The position numbers and the translations under genes were made by a program. Under the pieces are notes generated by a model. That model saw only the letters and a program-made list of their open reading frames with translations. It searched no databases and was not told the origin of the DNA. From a virus (Duplodnaviria; Caudoviricetes), in the IMG/VR virus record IMGVR_UViG_3300033067_001009, positions 11,905 through 75,904 of that record: a DNA stretch of 64,000 nt. The stretch is one strand, 5' to 3'. Shown piece after piece: positions 1 through 8,943 of the stretch (position 1 is its first letter; each line of letters begins with the position of its first letter).

Positions 1-1
1 C

Positions 2-1291
2 GAGGTCATCAATAACTGCCTGTCACTGGATTACGCAGTGCTCAGAACCCACGGGTTCCCGCTCCGCATCCTCCGTGAGCGCTACCTGTCGGCGCTGCCG
101 CAAGCCTCCCAGACGCTGCTGGCAACCAAGATTCCGGATGACGTTCCGCTCGATGCTGTGATCCATACCGAACAGCCGTCGAACACGTCCGGTATGGTCG
201 GGATCATCCCCCAGATAATGCAGCAGCATATGAGTTTCATCGCCGGTACGTTCAACCCGATGGATGCCGGAAACGGCGCAGCGAGAGATATGCTTGGCTC
301 TGCCACTGGAGCAGCAGCACTTGAGGGGATGATGAACTCCCGTCAGGGTTTGAATCTCCAGATGCGTCTCGAAGCGGACATCGACACGATGTACTCGATC
401 CTGTACTTCTTGCAGCAGGACGACCGCAACCGTGAATTGTTCATCGAGGAGTTCGACGAAGCGACCGTCGATGCGTTCTTCAAGAGTACCGACCTCAGAA
501 GCTCGTTCTATTTCGAGCCGGTAAGAGGTACTGATGAACCCCAGTCCGAATCGGCCAACGCATTCAAGATGATTACGTTCGCCCAGAACATCGCTCCGCT
601 GACCGGTCTGCACGAGTACGATAAAGAGACGTTCTACGATCTGGTTGCCAAACTCGGAGACTCGCTCAACATCGATGTCGAAATCGGAGCAGGTCGCAAA
701 GAGCGCAATCTGGCCGACAACAAGATCACCAGAATCAAGGAACTGTACAAAGAGTACAAGAACGATCCGATGCTTGCACAGGCCACCCCAATCGACATCG
801 GCTGCAATCTGTACCAAGCAGTCACGATGAAAGATGTGATGGTTGTTTCATCGATTGCACAAGCTCTCGCGCAGAAAGAAAAAGTTGCCACGGCACCGAT
901 CATCAACGAAGTTCAGGCAATGGCCGCTTCGATGGTGCAAGCACCTCCGGTCGAGATTTATCTCTACGACTGGGACGCTCTCGTCGTCAGCTATTCGGAC
1001 TGGCTCCAATCCGATGAGGGGCAGAACGCAGCTATACCGGTACAACTCGCTGTCGGTATGCTTTTCGCCTACGCACAGGAGATGAAAGAGCAGAAAGAGT
1101 GGTACGAAAAATTGAAGATGGCCTCGATGATTCCTGCTCCGGAAGACCCTAACGCCCCTGCGGGTCAGGACTCCGGTACGTCATCCGGCAGCACGAAGAA
1201 AGACGGAAAAGCAGCGGGGTCTACCGGTCGCCCACGGCAGCCGTCAGCCAGCCGGTACGCCGAGGGAAAAACTCGGGAAACCGCTAAGTAA
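2..1291 (+). CDS. Probable portal protein, C-terminal part (5' truncated by the window)
   Basis: The frame is open from the window edge. The helical protein has a low-complexity C-tail and lies directly upstream of scaffold-like and capsid-like genes. The call rests mainly on synteny. Confidence 0.5.
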   Translation, partial: EVINNCLSLDYAVLRTHGFPLRILRERYLSALPQASQTLLATKIPDDVPLDAVIHTEQPSNTSGMVGIIPQIMQQHMSFIAGTFNPMDAGNGAARDMLGSATGAAALEGMMNSRQGLNLQMRLEADIDTMYSILYFLQQDDRNRELFIEEFDEATVDAFFKSTDLRSSFYFEPVRGTDEPQSESANAFKMITFAQNIAPLTGLHEYDKETFYDLVAKLGDSLNIDVEIGAGRKERNLADNKITRIKELYKEYKNDPMLAQATPIDIGCNLYQAVTMKDVMVVSSIAQALAQKEKVATAPIINEVQAMAASMVQAPPVEIYLYDWDALVVSYSDWLQSDEGQNAAIPVQLAVGMLFAYAQEMKEQKEWYEKLKMASMIPAPEDPNAPAGQDSGTSSGSTKKDGKAAGSTGRPRQPSASRYAEGKTRETAK

Positions 1292-1328
1292 CCTGTCGAT
1301 GTGGTAGAGGAGCATCTTCTACCCACTC

Positions 1329-1357
1329 TTGACAGAATTGAAAAATAGGTGTATTAA
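1329..1357 (+). promoter_or_regulatory. Possible sigma70-type promoter for the scaffold-capsid operon
   Basis: TTGACA-17bp-TATTAA in the AT-rich gap after the portal stop; the -10 is imperfect. Confidence 0.4.
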
Positions 1358-1368
1358 TCTAAAACTAG

Positions 1369-2946
1369 GTGACCGTCCCGTCACCTAACCCGATAGGAGT
1401 TAGAAACAAAAACAGTATGGCAGTAGAGTTAAAACCCAACTCGCAGTACGTATCAGATGCGGCTTTTTTTGCTAATCAAGGTCTCGGCTCGTCGTTACCT
1501 GTATCAAATCCGACCGAACCAGCCACTTCGCAAGAGCCTGTACAAGATGCACCTGCTAATCAAGGGCAACCAACCGCAGCACAACTACCGTTGAACCCAA
1601 TCGCCGCACCGTTTCCGGCCTCGGAATTGCCGCCGCCTCCGGCAGCAGAACCAACACCGGCACCGGTCGTCGAGGAACCGACCATCGATCCCAACGATCT
1701 GTTCTCAACGGAATTACCGAATACCGTTCCCGAACCGGCTCAAGACCCCTTGAGTGTCGACACTGGAACAGTTATTCCGGACGTTTCGACCACTGTTTTC
1801 GACGAGTTCAAACCGGCAGCAGACGCTCCGGACTGGCAGCGAGAGCAGTTTGCCAATATCGTCAACGACCCGAATTTCAGCGAGCAGGACAAACGCGACA
1901 TCCTCGCGCAGAATCCGCACTCGTGGGTCAAGCAACGTAAATGGCAGCGTGACTCCAGAACCCTCGGCAGATTCAGAGACCCGAACGTCCCGATCACGGA
2001 CATCCTCGGCGCTCTGAGAGAGCAGAACACCACTCGGGCTGAACAGCTTGAGATCGAGAGTGCTGCTTCTCTGCTATCGAACGCCGAGAAAATCGTACGT
2101 TTTGCGGAGAGCCAGCCGGAAGTATATTCCCAACTGATGCTCGCGTTAATCACGGAAGCTCCGGAACAGATGACGCAGGTACTGGGAAAGCAAGGTTACC
2201 TCGTAACCAAAGCTGAACCGGCGAACGCCGACGACATCTTGGCGAAGCTGATGGAGAATCCGTATTACGCATCGATTCGGGACACCGAGTTCGGTGACGA
2301 GGTCGTCAACACGATTCGTGATCTGGCGACAAAGGCAGGTTCCACGGAACCGACCGAGCCGACCGAGCCGAATCAACCGGCACCGACCGGCTTCCAGAAC
2401 CCTGAGTTCGTCTCACGGGTCACGGAGACCGTCGAAACCACCAAGACGCAGGTGTGGGACAAAGCGTTATCGGATGGACTTGCCCGTGAGGGGATCAAAC
2501 CGGCGACCAAGGAAGAGATCGCCGCCAACCCGCTCGCGTACTTCAAGACCATTATGCACAACATCGCTGTTCACGGGTTGGAGGGCGTAGTCCCCAGCTC
2601 GGACAAGCAGATCGACAAATTCGTTGGTGACAATCCGGACTATCTGGAGACCTTACAGGCTCTGGATCGGTATCTCAGCAGCGGAGAGTTGGACAAGTTC
2701 AAGGATGAAGCGAAGACGCTTGCTCCGGTGTACCACCAATTCGGTGCGGCACGAGCAGGAATCCCGTTCATCAAGGGGCTGTACAACCAAGTACAGAAAC
2801 TTCTCGGGGAGAAACCGGCTGTGACTCAGCCGCCGCCTCCCGAACCGACCGTACCGCAGACCCCGACCGGCAACCCGCCGATTACACCTCGTGACAACGG
2901 GTGGGCTTCTGACAGGTTGTTTTTCGAGAAGCAGAACCGACAATAA
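1369..2946 (+). CDS. Probable capsid scaffolding protein
   Basis: 525 aa with Pro/Glu/Thr-rich disordered ends and a helical core, between portal and capsid. An alternative ATG is at 1417. Confidence 0.5.
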   Translation: MTVPSPNPIGVRNKNSMAVELKPNSQYVSDAAFFANQGLGSSLPVSNPTEPATSQEPVQDAPANQGQPTAAQLPLNPIAAPFPASELPPPPAAEPTPAPVVEEPTIDPNDLFSTELPNTVPEPAQDPLSVDTGTVIPDVSTTVFDEFKPAADAPDWQREQFANIVNDPNFSEQDKRDILAQNPHSWVKQRKWQRDSRTLGRFRDPNVPITDILGALREQNTTRAEQLEIESAASLLSNAEKIVRFAESQPEVYSQLMLALITEAPEQMTQVLGKQGYLVTKAEPANADDILAKLMENPYYASIRDTEFGDEVVNTIRDLATKAGSTEPTEPTEPNQPAPTGFQNPEFVSRVTETVETTKTQVWDKALSDGLAREGIKPATKEEIAANPLAYFKTIMHNIAVHGLEGVVPSSDKQIDKFVGDNPDYLETLQALDRYLSSGELDKFKDEAKTLAPVYHQFGAARAGIPFIKGLYNQVQKLLGEKPAVTQPPPPEPTVPQTPTGNPPITPRDNGWASDRLFFEKQNRQ

Positions 2947-2982
2947 GTTTTTAATACAGGTAACGACACAGGAGACATAGAA

Positions 2983-4401
2983 GTGGCAAATAATACAACG
3001 ACACTCGAACTACCCAAGATGGTAGAAATCCTCGAAGACCTGCGTGTCCATCAAGTGTTGGAATGCAAGTTCGAGAGACGGATGCGGGAAGTCCAGACCA
3101 GTTTGAACTGGAACCCCCGTGGAATTTTAAGCCCGTACGAAACGGAAAGTGACTACAACCACTTTGCCGTCTCGGAAGCTGGTGTGATCCAGTCGGGCGG
3201 CACGTCGGAATACCAGATTCTCAAGCAGACGATGCGGAGCCTCTGGAAATCCGTGAACATCACTGGTGAACTTGCGCGTCTCAAGAGCGAGCAGTTCGTC
3301 GGCATCAAGGAAGAATACGGTCAGGAGATCGACGACACGATGGCGATGGGCTTGGCCTCGCACCGCGCCATCGAGACCATTCTCAAGCGGTCTTCCCAGA
3401 TTTACAAACGGCTCAAGAATTTCTACGCCATCAACGGCGTAGACAGCTCGCCCATCGGTTCGGTGACCGGCGCTCCGGCGGGTAACGTTGTTCCGTTCGC
3501 GTGGACGGGTGATGTCGGCAACCGGATGTTGTTCAAAGGGATGAAAATCCAGTTCTACGACATCTCGGCCACGACCCTCCGGAAGAACTCCGGCGACTAC
3601 GGCGCACCCCGCTCGGAGACGCAACAGTATTCGCAGGTGTCGGCCACGGTCGATCACCGGTATTCGATCAACGCCGCCAACAACGGTGCCGTGACGTTCG
3701 ACGTTCTGCCGACCGTCGCACTGGCCGCTGGCGATACGGCGCACATCCTGCAAGGCTACGGCGCGATGCCGCAGGGCTTCTTTTACTGGGTTAGCGACAC
3801 CGGTAACCTAAATGGTTCAGCCGGTAACATCGCTCGCTCGGTCTGTCCGGAAGTCTTCTGCTCGGTCGTTCAGGACAACTCGGCCAACACAGCCAACACA
3901 CCGGCACTGATGCTGGCGATGGAGTCGATGTTCCGTGGCAAGATGTCGGAAAACGAACCGATTGCAATGGAAATCTGGATGAACAAAGCGCAGGTCTACA
4001 AGTACCAGCTGTTCGGTATGAACAGCTCGGTCGCAGGTGGCGCGGCGTTCAACGTCAGCCGGTTCGGTGATTGGACGGCTCCGACTGCGATGGATGTCGG
4101 CATCCCGCACAAGGGACTGTCGTTCAACAACATCCGGATCGAGGAAGATCGGGACGTGCCGCCGTCGAAGAACATCTGGATCGACTGGCTCGGCTGGCAG
4201 ATTGACCAGCAAACGCCGGACACGATTTACGAATACCATCAGAACCAGCAGATGTTTCAGGCTCACTCGGCGTACGGCGAGCCAATCGACGCGAAACAGA
4301 TCACGATGTTCTCGCAATACAACTACCGTTGCACCAAGTTCAAAACCCAAGGGTTTCAGGACGACTTGGCGTTCGACGGCAACCAGATTGCCCAGCCGTA
4401 A
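2983..4401 (+). CDS. Probable major capsid protein
   Basis: 472 aa, strongly codon-biased, follows the scaffold, has an AGGAGA RBS and is followed by a terminator. Confidence 0.6.
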   Translation: MANNTTTLELPKMVEILEDLRVHQVLECKFERRMREVQTSLNWNPRGILSPYETESDYNHFAVSEAGVIQSGGTSEYQILKQTMRSLWKSVNITGELARLKSEQFVGIKEEYGQEIDDTMAMGLASHRAIETILKRSSQIYKRLKNFYAINGVDSSPIGSVTGAPAGNVVPFAWTGDVGNRMLFKGMKIQFYDISATTLRKNSGDYGAPRSETQQYSQVSATVDHRYSINAANNGAVTFDVLPTVALAAGDTAHILQGYGAMPQGFFYWVSDTGNLNGSAGNIARSVCPEVFCSVVQDNSANTANTPALMLAMESMFRGKMSENEPIAMEIWMNKAQVYKYQLFGMNSSVAGGAAFNVSRFGDWTAPTAMDVGIPHKGLSFNNIRIEEDRDVPPSKNIWIDWLGWQIDQQTPDTIYEYHQNQQMFQAHSAYGEPIDAKQITMFSQYNYRCTKFKTQGFQDDLAFDGNQIAQP

Positions 4402-4417
4402 GGTTGAGCAATAGCTC

Positions 4418-4450
4418 GGGGGAGCAGCAGAGGTTTGTGCTCCCCCTTTT
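4418..4450 (+). terminator. Rho-independent terminator after the capsid gene
   Basis: GGGGGAGCA-11nt-TGCTCCCCC followed by TTTT. Confidence 0.7.
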
Positions 4451-4511
4451 CAGGGTTTGTATCATTGACTAAAAGTCGAGCGCTAGGTGCGAACCCTGTT
4501 TTCAAATTTTA

Positions 4512-5345
4512 ATGATAGTTGCACCAACACAATCAAAACGATTATTTACGTTTGACGAACTGGCGACCGAGGATGGTCGTCGAGAATACTACCGTGTCGA
4601 TCTTAAAAATACCGACACGCTTCGTAACGGTCTCGTAGAGCCGTACCTGAACCCAGCCTTTAACGATGACTTGCTGGAACGGTACGGCTGTGATGTTCAC
4701 GGGGATCAGTTGGTCAAGATCAGCTGGGCAGCCGACATCCGAGCTACCCAGTTCAAAGATGCGGGTGCGATCACGATTCCGTACCTCGGTCGCAAGTACC
4801 CGTGGCGAGGGGGGTTCCGGTTGAAAGTGACAACCGGATACTCCTACACGGATACCGATGGTAACAAGGTAACCGTCCGCACCCTGGCAGATGTGCCACA
4901 AAGAACTGCATTCATCGAGGAGTTCGAGTACGATGACCTCGGCGCACGTAAGTTCGTGGTCGAGATGAAATACACGCTGGAGCAAATGGTCAAGATGGAG
5001 TGGTGCCCACCACCGGATACTCCGGAGGGCGAGCAGTGGTGTGTACGCAACGGTAAGCGGTACCGTGTCGCCCCCGACCCGAAAGGTGAGTACATCTTCG
5101 GGTTCTTTATCGAGGACAAAGACGGCGAGTATCGGGACGTGACCGCACTCGATGTTCAGGGCATCCACGACATTTTTAATCGCGCCCTCAACGAAACGGA
5201 CGAGGAGCGGGTAACGCGCAAGGTGGAAGAGTGGGAGCGCATCCAGAAACGGATGAAGCTGAAAGAGGCCGAGCAGGAGCTTATCTCGTGGGAGGAAGCG
5301 ATTGTTCGAGTAGAAAATAAGAGGAGAGGAGTTGTTTATGTCTAA
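4512..5345 (+). CDS. Hypothetical protein (virion block)
   Basis: 277-aa ORF with typical codon usage that overlaps the next start. Confidence 0.6.
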   Translation: MIVAPTQSKRLFTFDELATEDGRREYYRVDLKNTDTLRNGLVEPYLNPAFNDDLLERYGCDVHGDQLVKISWAADIRATQFKDAGAITIPYLGRKYPWRGGFRLKVTTGYSYTDTDGNKVTVRTLADVPQRTAFIEEFEYDDLGARKFVVEMKYTLEQMVKMEWCPPPDTPEGEQWCVRNGKRYRVAPDPKGEYIFGFFIEDKDGEYRDVTALDVQGIHDIFNRALNETDEERVTRKVEEWERIQKRMKLKEAEQELISWEEAIVRVENKRRGVVYV

Positions 5346-5802
5346 CAAAGCAAAAGACGAAGATAAGAAAGCGGAAGACACCACGAGTGTCGACACTCAA
5401 GAGGTATCGGCAGCCGGAGAACCGGCAGCGGATTTCAAACCGATTCCGGAACACGCAGTTGCCGCCGCGCCGGTAGACGTTCCGGTAGGTGAACCGGTCG
5501 CCAACGCGCCGGAAGAAGAGGGGGTCAATCTGGTTAGCGATCTGACGGCGCTCACCACGGCCGCAGCCGGTAAGGTCGACAGACTGATGGAGACAGGCTT
5601 GAAGTTCCAGCAGTTCGTCCGTGAAAACGAAACCAAATTTCGCCGGATCGAGAGCATCCAGCAGGGCTATAACACGCTTAAAGAGGTATCGGATGATCTG
5701 TCGAAAATTATCGACCTCGCCAAAATCGATGCCCTGACGAAGCAGCTGGAGGACGCTCTCGCCAGTATCCAGCGCAAGGAGGCAACCGGACAAGATGCCT
5801 AA
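5338..5802 (+). CDS. Hypothetical protein, acidic N-terminus plus coiled coil
   Basis: ATG preceded by GAGGAGGAG; contains a repeat copy read as SVDTQ. Confidence 0.6.
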   Translation: MSNKAKDEDKKAEDTTSVDTQEVSAAGEPAADFKPIPEHAVAAAPVDVPVGEPVANAPEEEGVNLVSDLTALTTAAAGKVDRLMETGLKFQQFVRENETKFRRIESIQQGYNTLKEVSDDLSKIIDLAKIDALTKQLEDALASIQRKEATGQDA

Positions 5803-6973
5803 GATGAACAAGGTCGTGTCGGGTGCTCTTGACAGCATCCGGCGCGTCATCCAACACCACGAGCAGTGCAAGTTCGTCATTCATTTCTGGATGCCGTTCT
5901 TCAACATTGCGATGGGGGGTTTCAGATTCCCACAGATTCCGGACGATTACATACCGTCCGGAGTTTTGATTCCGCTCGTCGACATTACACAGCGGCACAT
6001 CGATTCGTTCGCCCACCCGACCACGGGCAAGTTGACGGTCTTCGAGTCGCCGTTCACCCAAACCATCGTCCAAAGCTATCTCGACCTCCAGCGTCGGTAC
6101 GGCAGGTACGGACTAACGATGGTTGAGCCGCTCTCGTGCACGCTGGGTGAGGCTGAGGAGACCATCGAAGCGTTCGACTTGATGTACTCGGAGTTCAACG
6201 GGTATCTACAAGACCTTGCGGATTTCTTCCGCATCCAGTCGCCGGTCGCTCACCAGCTCGACAATCCGATCAAGCGCTGTAAGGTCACGTACGACCAAGC
6301 TCTCGACAACCTGCTGGCAAGCGGACGTATCTCCGAGGTTATGTACCAGCGGCTAATGGCTGCTGTCCACGACTTCCAGCGTTCGGTCGAGTTCGCTCAC
6401 CGGACAGCCTTGTCTCCTCAGGACGGCATCCTGCCGAACTCCATCAAGTACGTCAACGCCGGTACCAAGAAAGACGGACTGGATGAGGCCGATCTCTGGA
6501 TCGCTCGCCAGTTCCCCGACTTCAAGGTCAGCTCGCGTTTGCAGGGCAAGGAAGATACCAACAGCATCGACAAGCTCGTCGAGGTGTTGGCCGACCGTCT
6601 CGTCGGAACCCCGAAAGCCGCAGTCGTAAATCCGTCCGCAGCACCGACCGATCTCTGGGCGCTTCTGACGAACGCGACACCGGAAGAGAAAGCAGCGCTG
6701 CGAGCGATCCTCGGCATCGACACGCAGCCGTTGGGTACTCCCGCAGCTGTTCCGGCGACTTCGAGTGTCGACACTCAAGAGCCGGAGGCAGTCGATTACG
6801 AGGACGCTTACGACCCACCGGCATTCACGCAGCAGTGCAGCGGTACCACCCGCAACGACACCCGCTGCAAGCTGGATGCTCGGCAGGGTCATATGACTTG
6901 CACGGCACACGCCGATCAAGAGGAGTCGATCCTCGCAGCGATGCGGGGTTTAGCGGAGCAAGCAAGTGCATAA
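5795..6973 (+). CDS. Hypothetical protein with C-terminal Cys3-His zinc-knuckle-like motif
   Basis: CSGTTRNDTRCKLDARQGHMTCTAH resembles DUF5763-type motifs. Confidence 0.55.
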   Translation: MPKMNKVVSGALDSIRRVIQHHEQCKFVIHFWMPFFNIAMGGFRFPQIPDDYIPSGVLIPLVDITQRHIDSFAHPTTGKLTVFESPFTQTIVQSYLDLQRRYGRYGLTMVEPLSCTLGEAEETIEAFDLMYSEFNGYLQDLADFFRIQSPVAHQLDNPIKRCKVTYDQALDNLLASGRISEVMYQRLMAAVHDFQRSVEFAHRTALSPQDGILPNSIKYVNAGTKKDGLDEADLWIARQFPDFKVSSRLQGKEDTNSIDKLVEVLADRLVGTPKAAVVNPSAAPTDLWALLTNATPEEKAALRAILGIDTQPLGTPAAVPATSSVDTQEPEAVDYEDAYDPPAFTQQCSGTTRNDTRCKLDARQGHMTCTAHADQEESILAAMRGLAEQASA

Positions 6974-7745
6974 GACTGTCGAAAACGTAATCGCCGCAGC
7001 CCGTATCCTTATCCGTCGTCCGAGCGAGCAAAAACTCGCCTCGGACGATATGCGGTACTTGCTGCACAACGTTCTGGACGAGTTGAACGGGATGGCGCTC
7101 AAGCGCAACAGAGACTACTTCACCTCGTCCGAGCTGATTACGTTAGCGTACAGCGCTCCGTTGATCGCGTACACGATCACGTTGTCGGTGACGGGGGACA
7201 CTGAGTTCTATCCGATCCATCTGGTGTATCAGAACCTGAACCAGAACCCCGACACCGACCCTTGGTACAAGGTCAACCACGTCAAGATTTCACAGTACCC
7301 GACCGAGAGCAATAAGAATGCTCCGGTCTACGCCTTGCTGGAGACGGTGCTCGGGGCGACCAAGGCAGTCAAAATACGACTCAACCTCAAGGACGAGTTC
7401 GTCCAGCAGCAGCGCTGGAGACTTGATTATCGGGCGTTCCCGAAAGCCATCCTGCAATTTACGGACACCGTCCCGTTCCCGCAGGAGCACACAGTCCTGC
7501 TGGAGACGGCGCTGGCCGAGGAGTCCATCCAGCTTGTCAGCGACAACAGCGCCGACTGGGTCGCATTCAAACAATCAAGATACCCATCGCTCGGGATGAA
7601 GAAAATGGTATTGATAAAGGCTTTTAACGAGTGGCTCGACCGAGACATCGAGAACATTATAATTACTGACAAACCGTACCATTACATTCGCAATAACCCA
7701 CAGATGCAAGGCCGGTTGTTGAATCTAAGGACGGAACCGCAATAA
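6966..7745 (+). CDS. Probable head-tail adaptor
   Basis: The N-terminus (TVENVIAAARILIRR...LHNVLDELN) has the helical pattern of adaptor proteins; synteny supports it. Confidence 0.45.
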   Translation: MHKTVENVIAAARILIRRPSEQKLASDDMRYLLHNVLDELNGMALKRNRDYFTSSELITLAYSAPLIAYTITLSVTGDTEFYPIHLVYQNLNQNPDTDPWYKVNHVKISQYPTESNKNAPVYALLETVLGATKAVKIRLNLKDEFVQQQRWRLDYRAFPKAILQFTDTVPFPQEHTVLLETALAEESIQLVSDNSADWVAFKQSRYPSLGMKKMVLIKAFNEWLDRDIENIIITDKPYHYIRNNPQMQGRLLNLRTEPQ

Positions 7746-7751
7746 TGAGAT

Positions 7752-7970
7752 ATGAAGCAGCTATGCGAGCAATGTGAGAAGCGACCGGCCAAAATGATGC
7801 GCCGGTCTCACAAGTATCGTGGAGCTAAAAGCAACCTCATCATAAAAGCGGACAAGCGGCACTCGATGTGCTTACAGTGCTGTCGTAGCCTGTGCGAGCC
7901 GATCAGACAGCAGGAACAGTATGAGCGTTATATTTGCAAAACCGGAGACGATACAAGGGATGCTTCTTAG
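7752..7970 (+). CDS. Small Cys-rich hypothetical protein
   Basis: 72 aa with CxxC...CxxCC. Confidence 0.35.
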   Translation: MKQLCEQCEKRPAKMMRRSHKYRGAKSNLIIKADKRHSMCLQCCRSLCEPIRQQEQYERYICKTGDDTRDAS

Positions 7971-8943
7971 CATCATCAACGCTGCTCCTGTCGGGGACTT
8001 CTCGGACAGGGTGGCGATTGACGCGAGTGCCGATAAGCGCTATTCTGACGAGTTCGTCCGTACCGCTCGTCGAATGGCCGCAGCCCGTGTACTGGAAGCC
8101 ATCGGCAACAACCCGCAGCACCCGTACTGGGGATACTTGGCAACCAAGGTATCTGTCGTCAATGGTGACGCGATCCCTCCCTGCTTCGGGCAAATCGGCA
8201 TCCCTGAGATTCAACCGGCCAACGGCAGCTCGTGGATTCAAGGCGACGAAGCGGCGAGCGACGAAATCGACTCGTACCGTGGGGACTCGGTCGACAACGC
8301 AGGTCTCAACCTTTTCAGCAACCCGCTCGGTGAGGCTCGCTACTCGCATCTCCAGAAAGCAACGAGCGGGGTCAAGAACCCGATTTCTGCCAAGTACTCG
8401 ACCACGAATGGTTACATTACTTTTACAGGCTACGCTTGCCGGATGCCGATGCTCAAAGTTCCGGACGATGGCGGACGTACACTGGCAGGGACGGTCAGTA
8501 CAACGTCCGAAAGCAACAGCGTGGTCGGTACGCTGGCTTTTCAATTAACCGACATCGGAAAACGTCTCATCGTAACTTATGACAACACGCTGGTCTTTAC
8601 AGGTATTATTCAATCGCTTGCGACAACGAGCATTGCCAACGACACGGCAGTCACCGATACCCAGTCGGAGCTTACACAGGCCGGAGCGTCGGCGCGTACC
8701 GAGGACGTCTATCTGGCGATGGATGACACGCTCGACAACAAGATACCGGTAGAGCTGGCAGCCACGAACGTCCGGCTGGCAATCGGTTTGCTGGTCAAAG
8801 AGGGTGACAGCTTGCGCCAGATCGCCGCAGCGTACGCCGGTCAGGGAGAGGTCGATCTGATTAAGATCACGCAGGGAGCCACGGCTGTCAACGCATTAGA
8901 CGTGACCCGTGCTATTCAGTCGTTCCAGCGTTACAAACAGTAA
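7921..8943 (+). CDS. Putative virion (adaptor/tail) protein
   Basis: 340 aa, translationally coupled to the next gene; contains a beta-rich insert (GTVSTTSESNSVVG). Confidence 0.45.
   Translation: MSVIFAKPETIQGMLLSIINAAPVGDFSDRVAIDASADKRYSDEFVRTARRMAAARVLEAIGNNPQHPYWGYLATKVSVVNGDAIPPCFGQIGIPEIQPANGSSWIQGDEAASDEIDSYRGDSVDNAGLNLFSNPLGEARYSHLQKATSGVKNPISAKYSTTNGYITFTGYACRMPMLKVPDDGGRTLAGTVSTTSESNSVVGTLAFQLTDIGKRLIVTYDNTLVFTGIIQSLATTSIANDTAVTDTQSELTQAGASARTEDVYLAMDDTLDNKIPVELAATNVRLAIGLLVKEGDSLRQIAAAYAGQGEVDLIKITQGATAVNALDVTRAIQSFQRYKQ

Noticed and set aside
4465-4495. TTGACT upstream of 4512 as a promoter
   Set aside because: There is no acceptable -10 at 16-18 bp.
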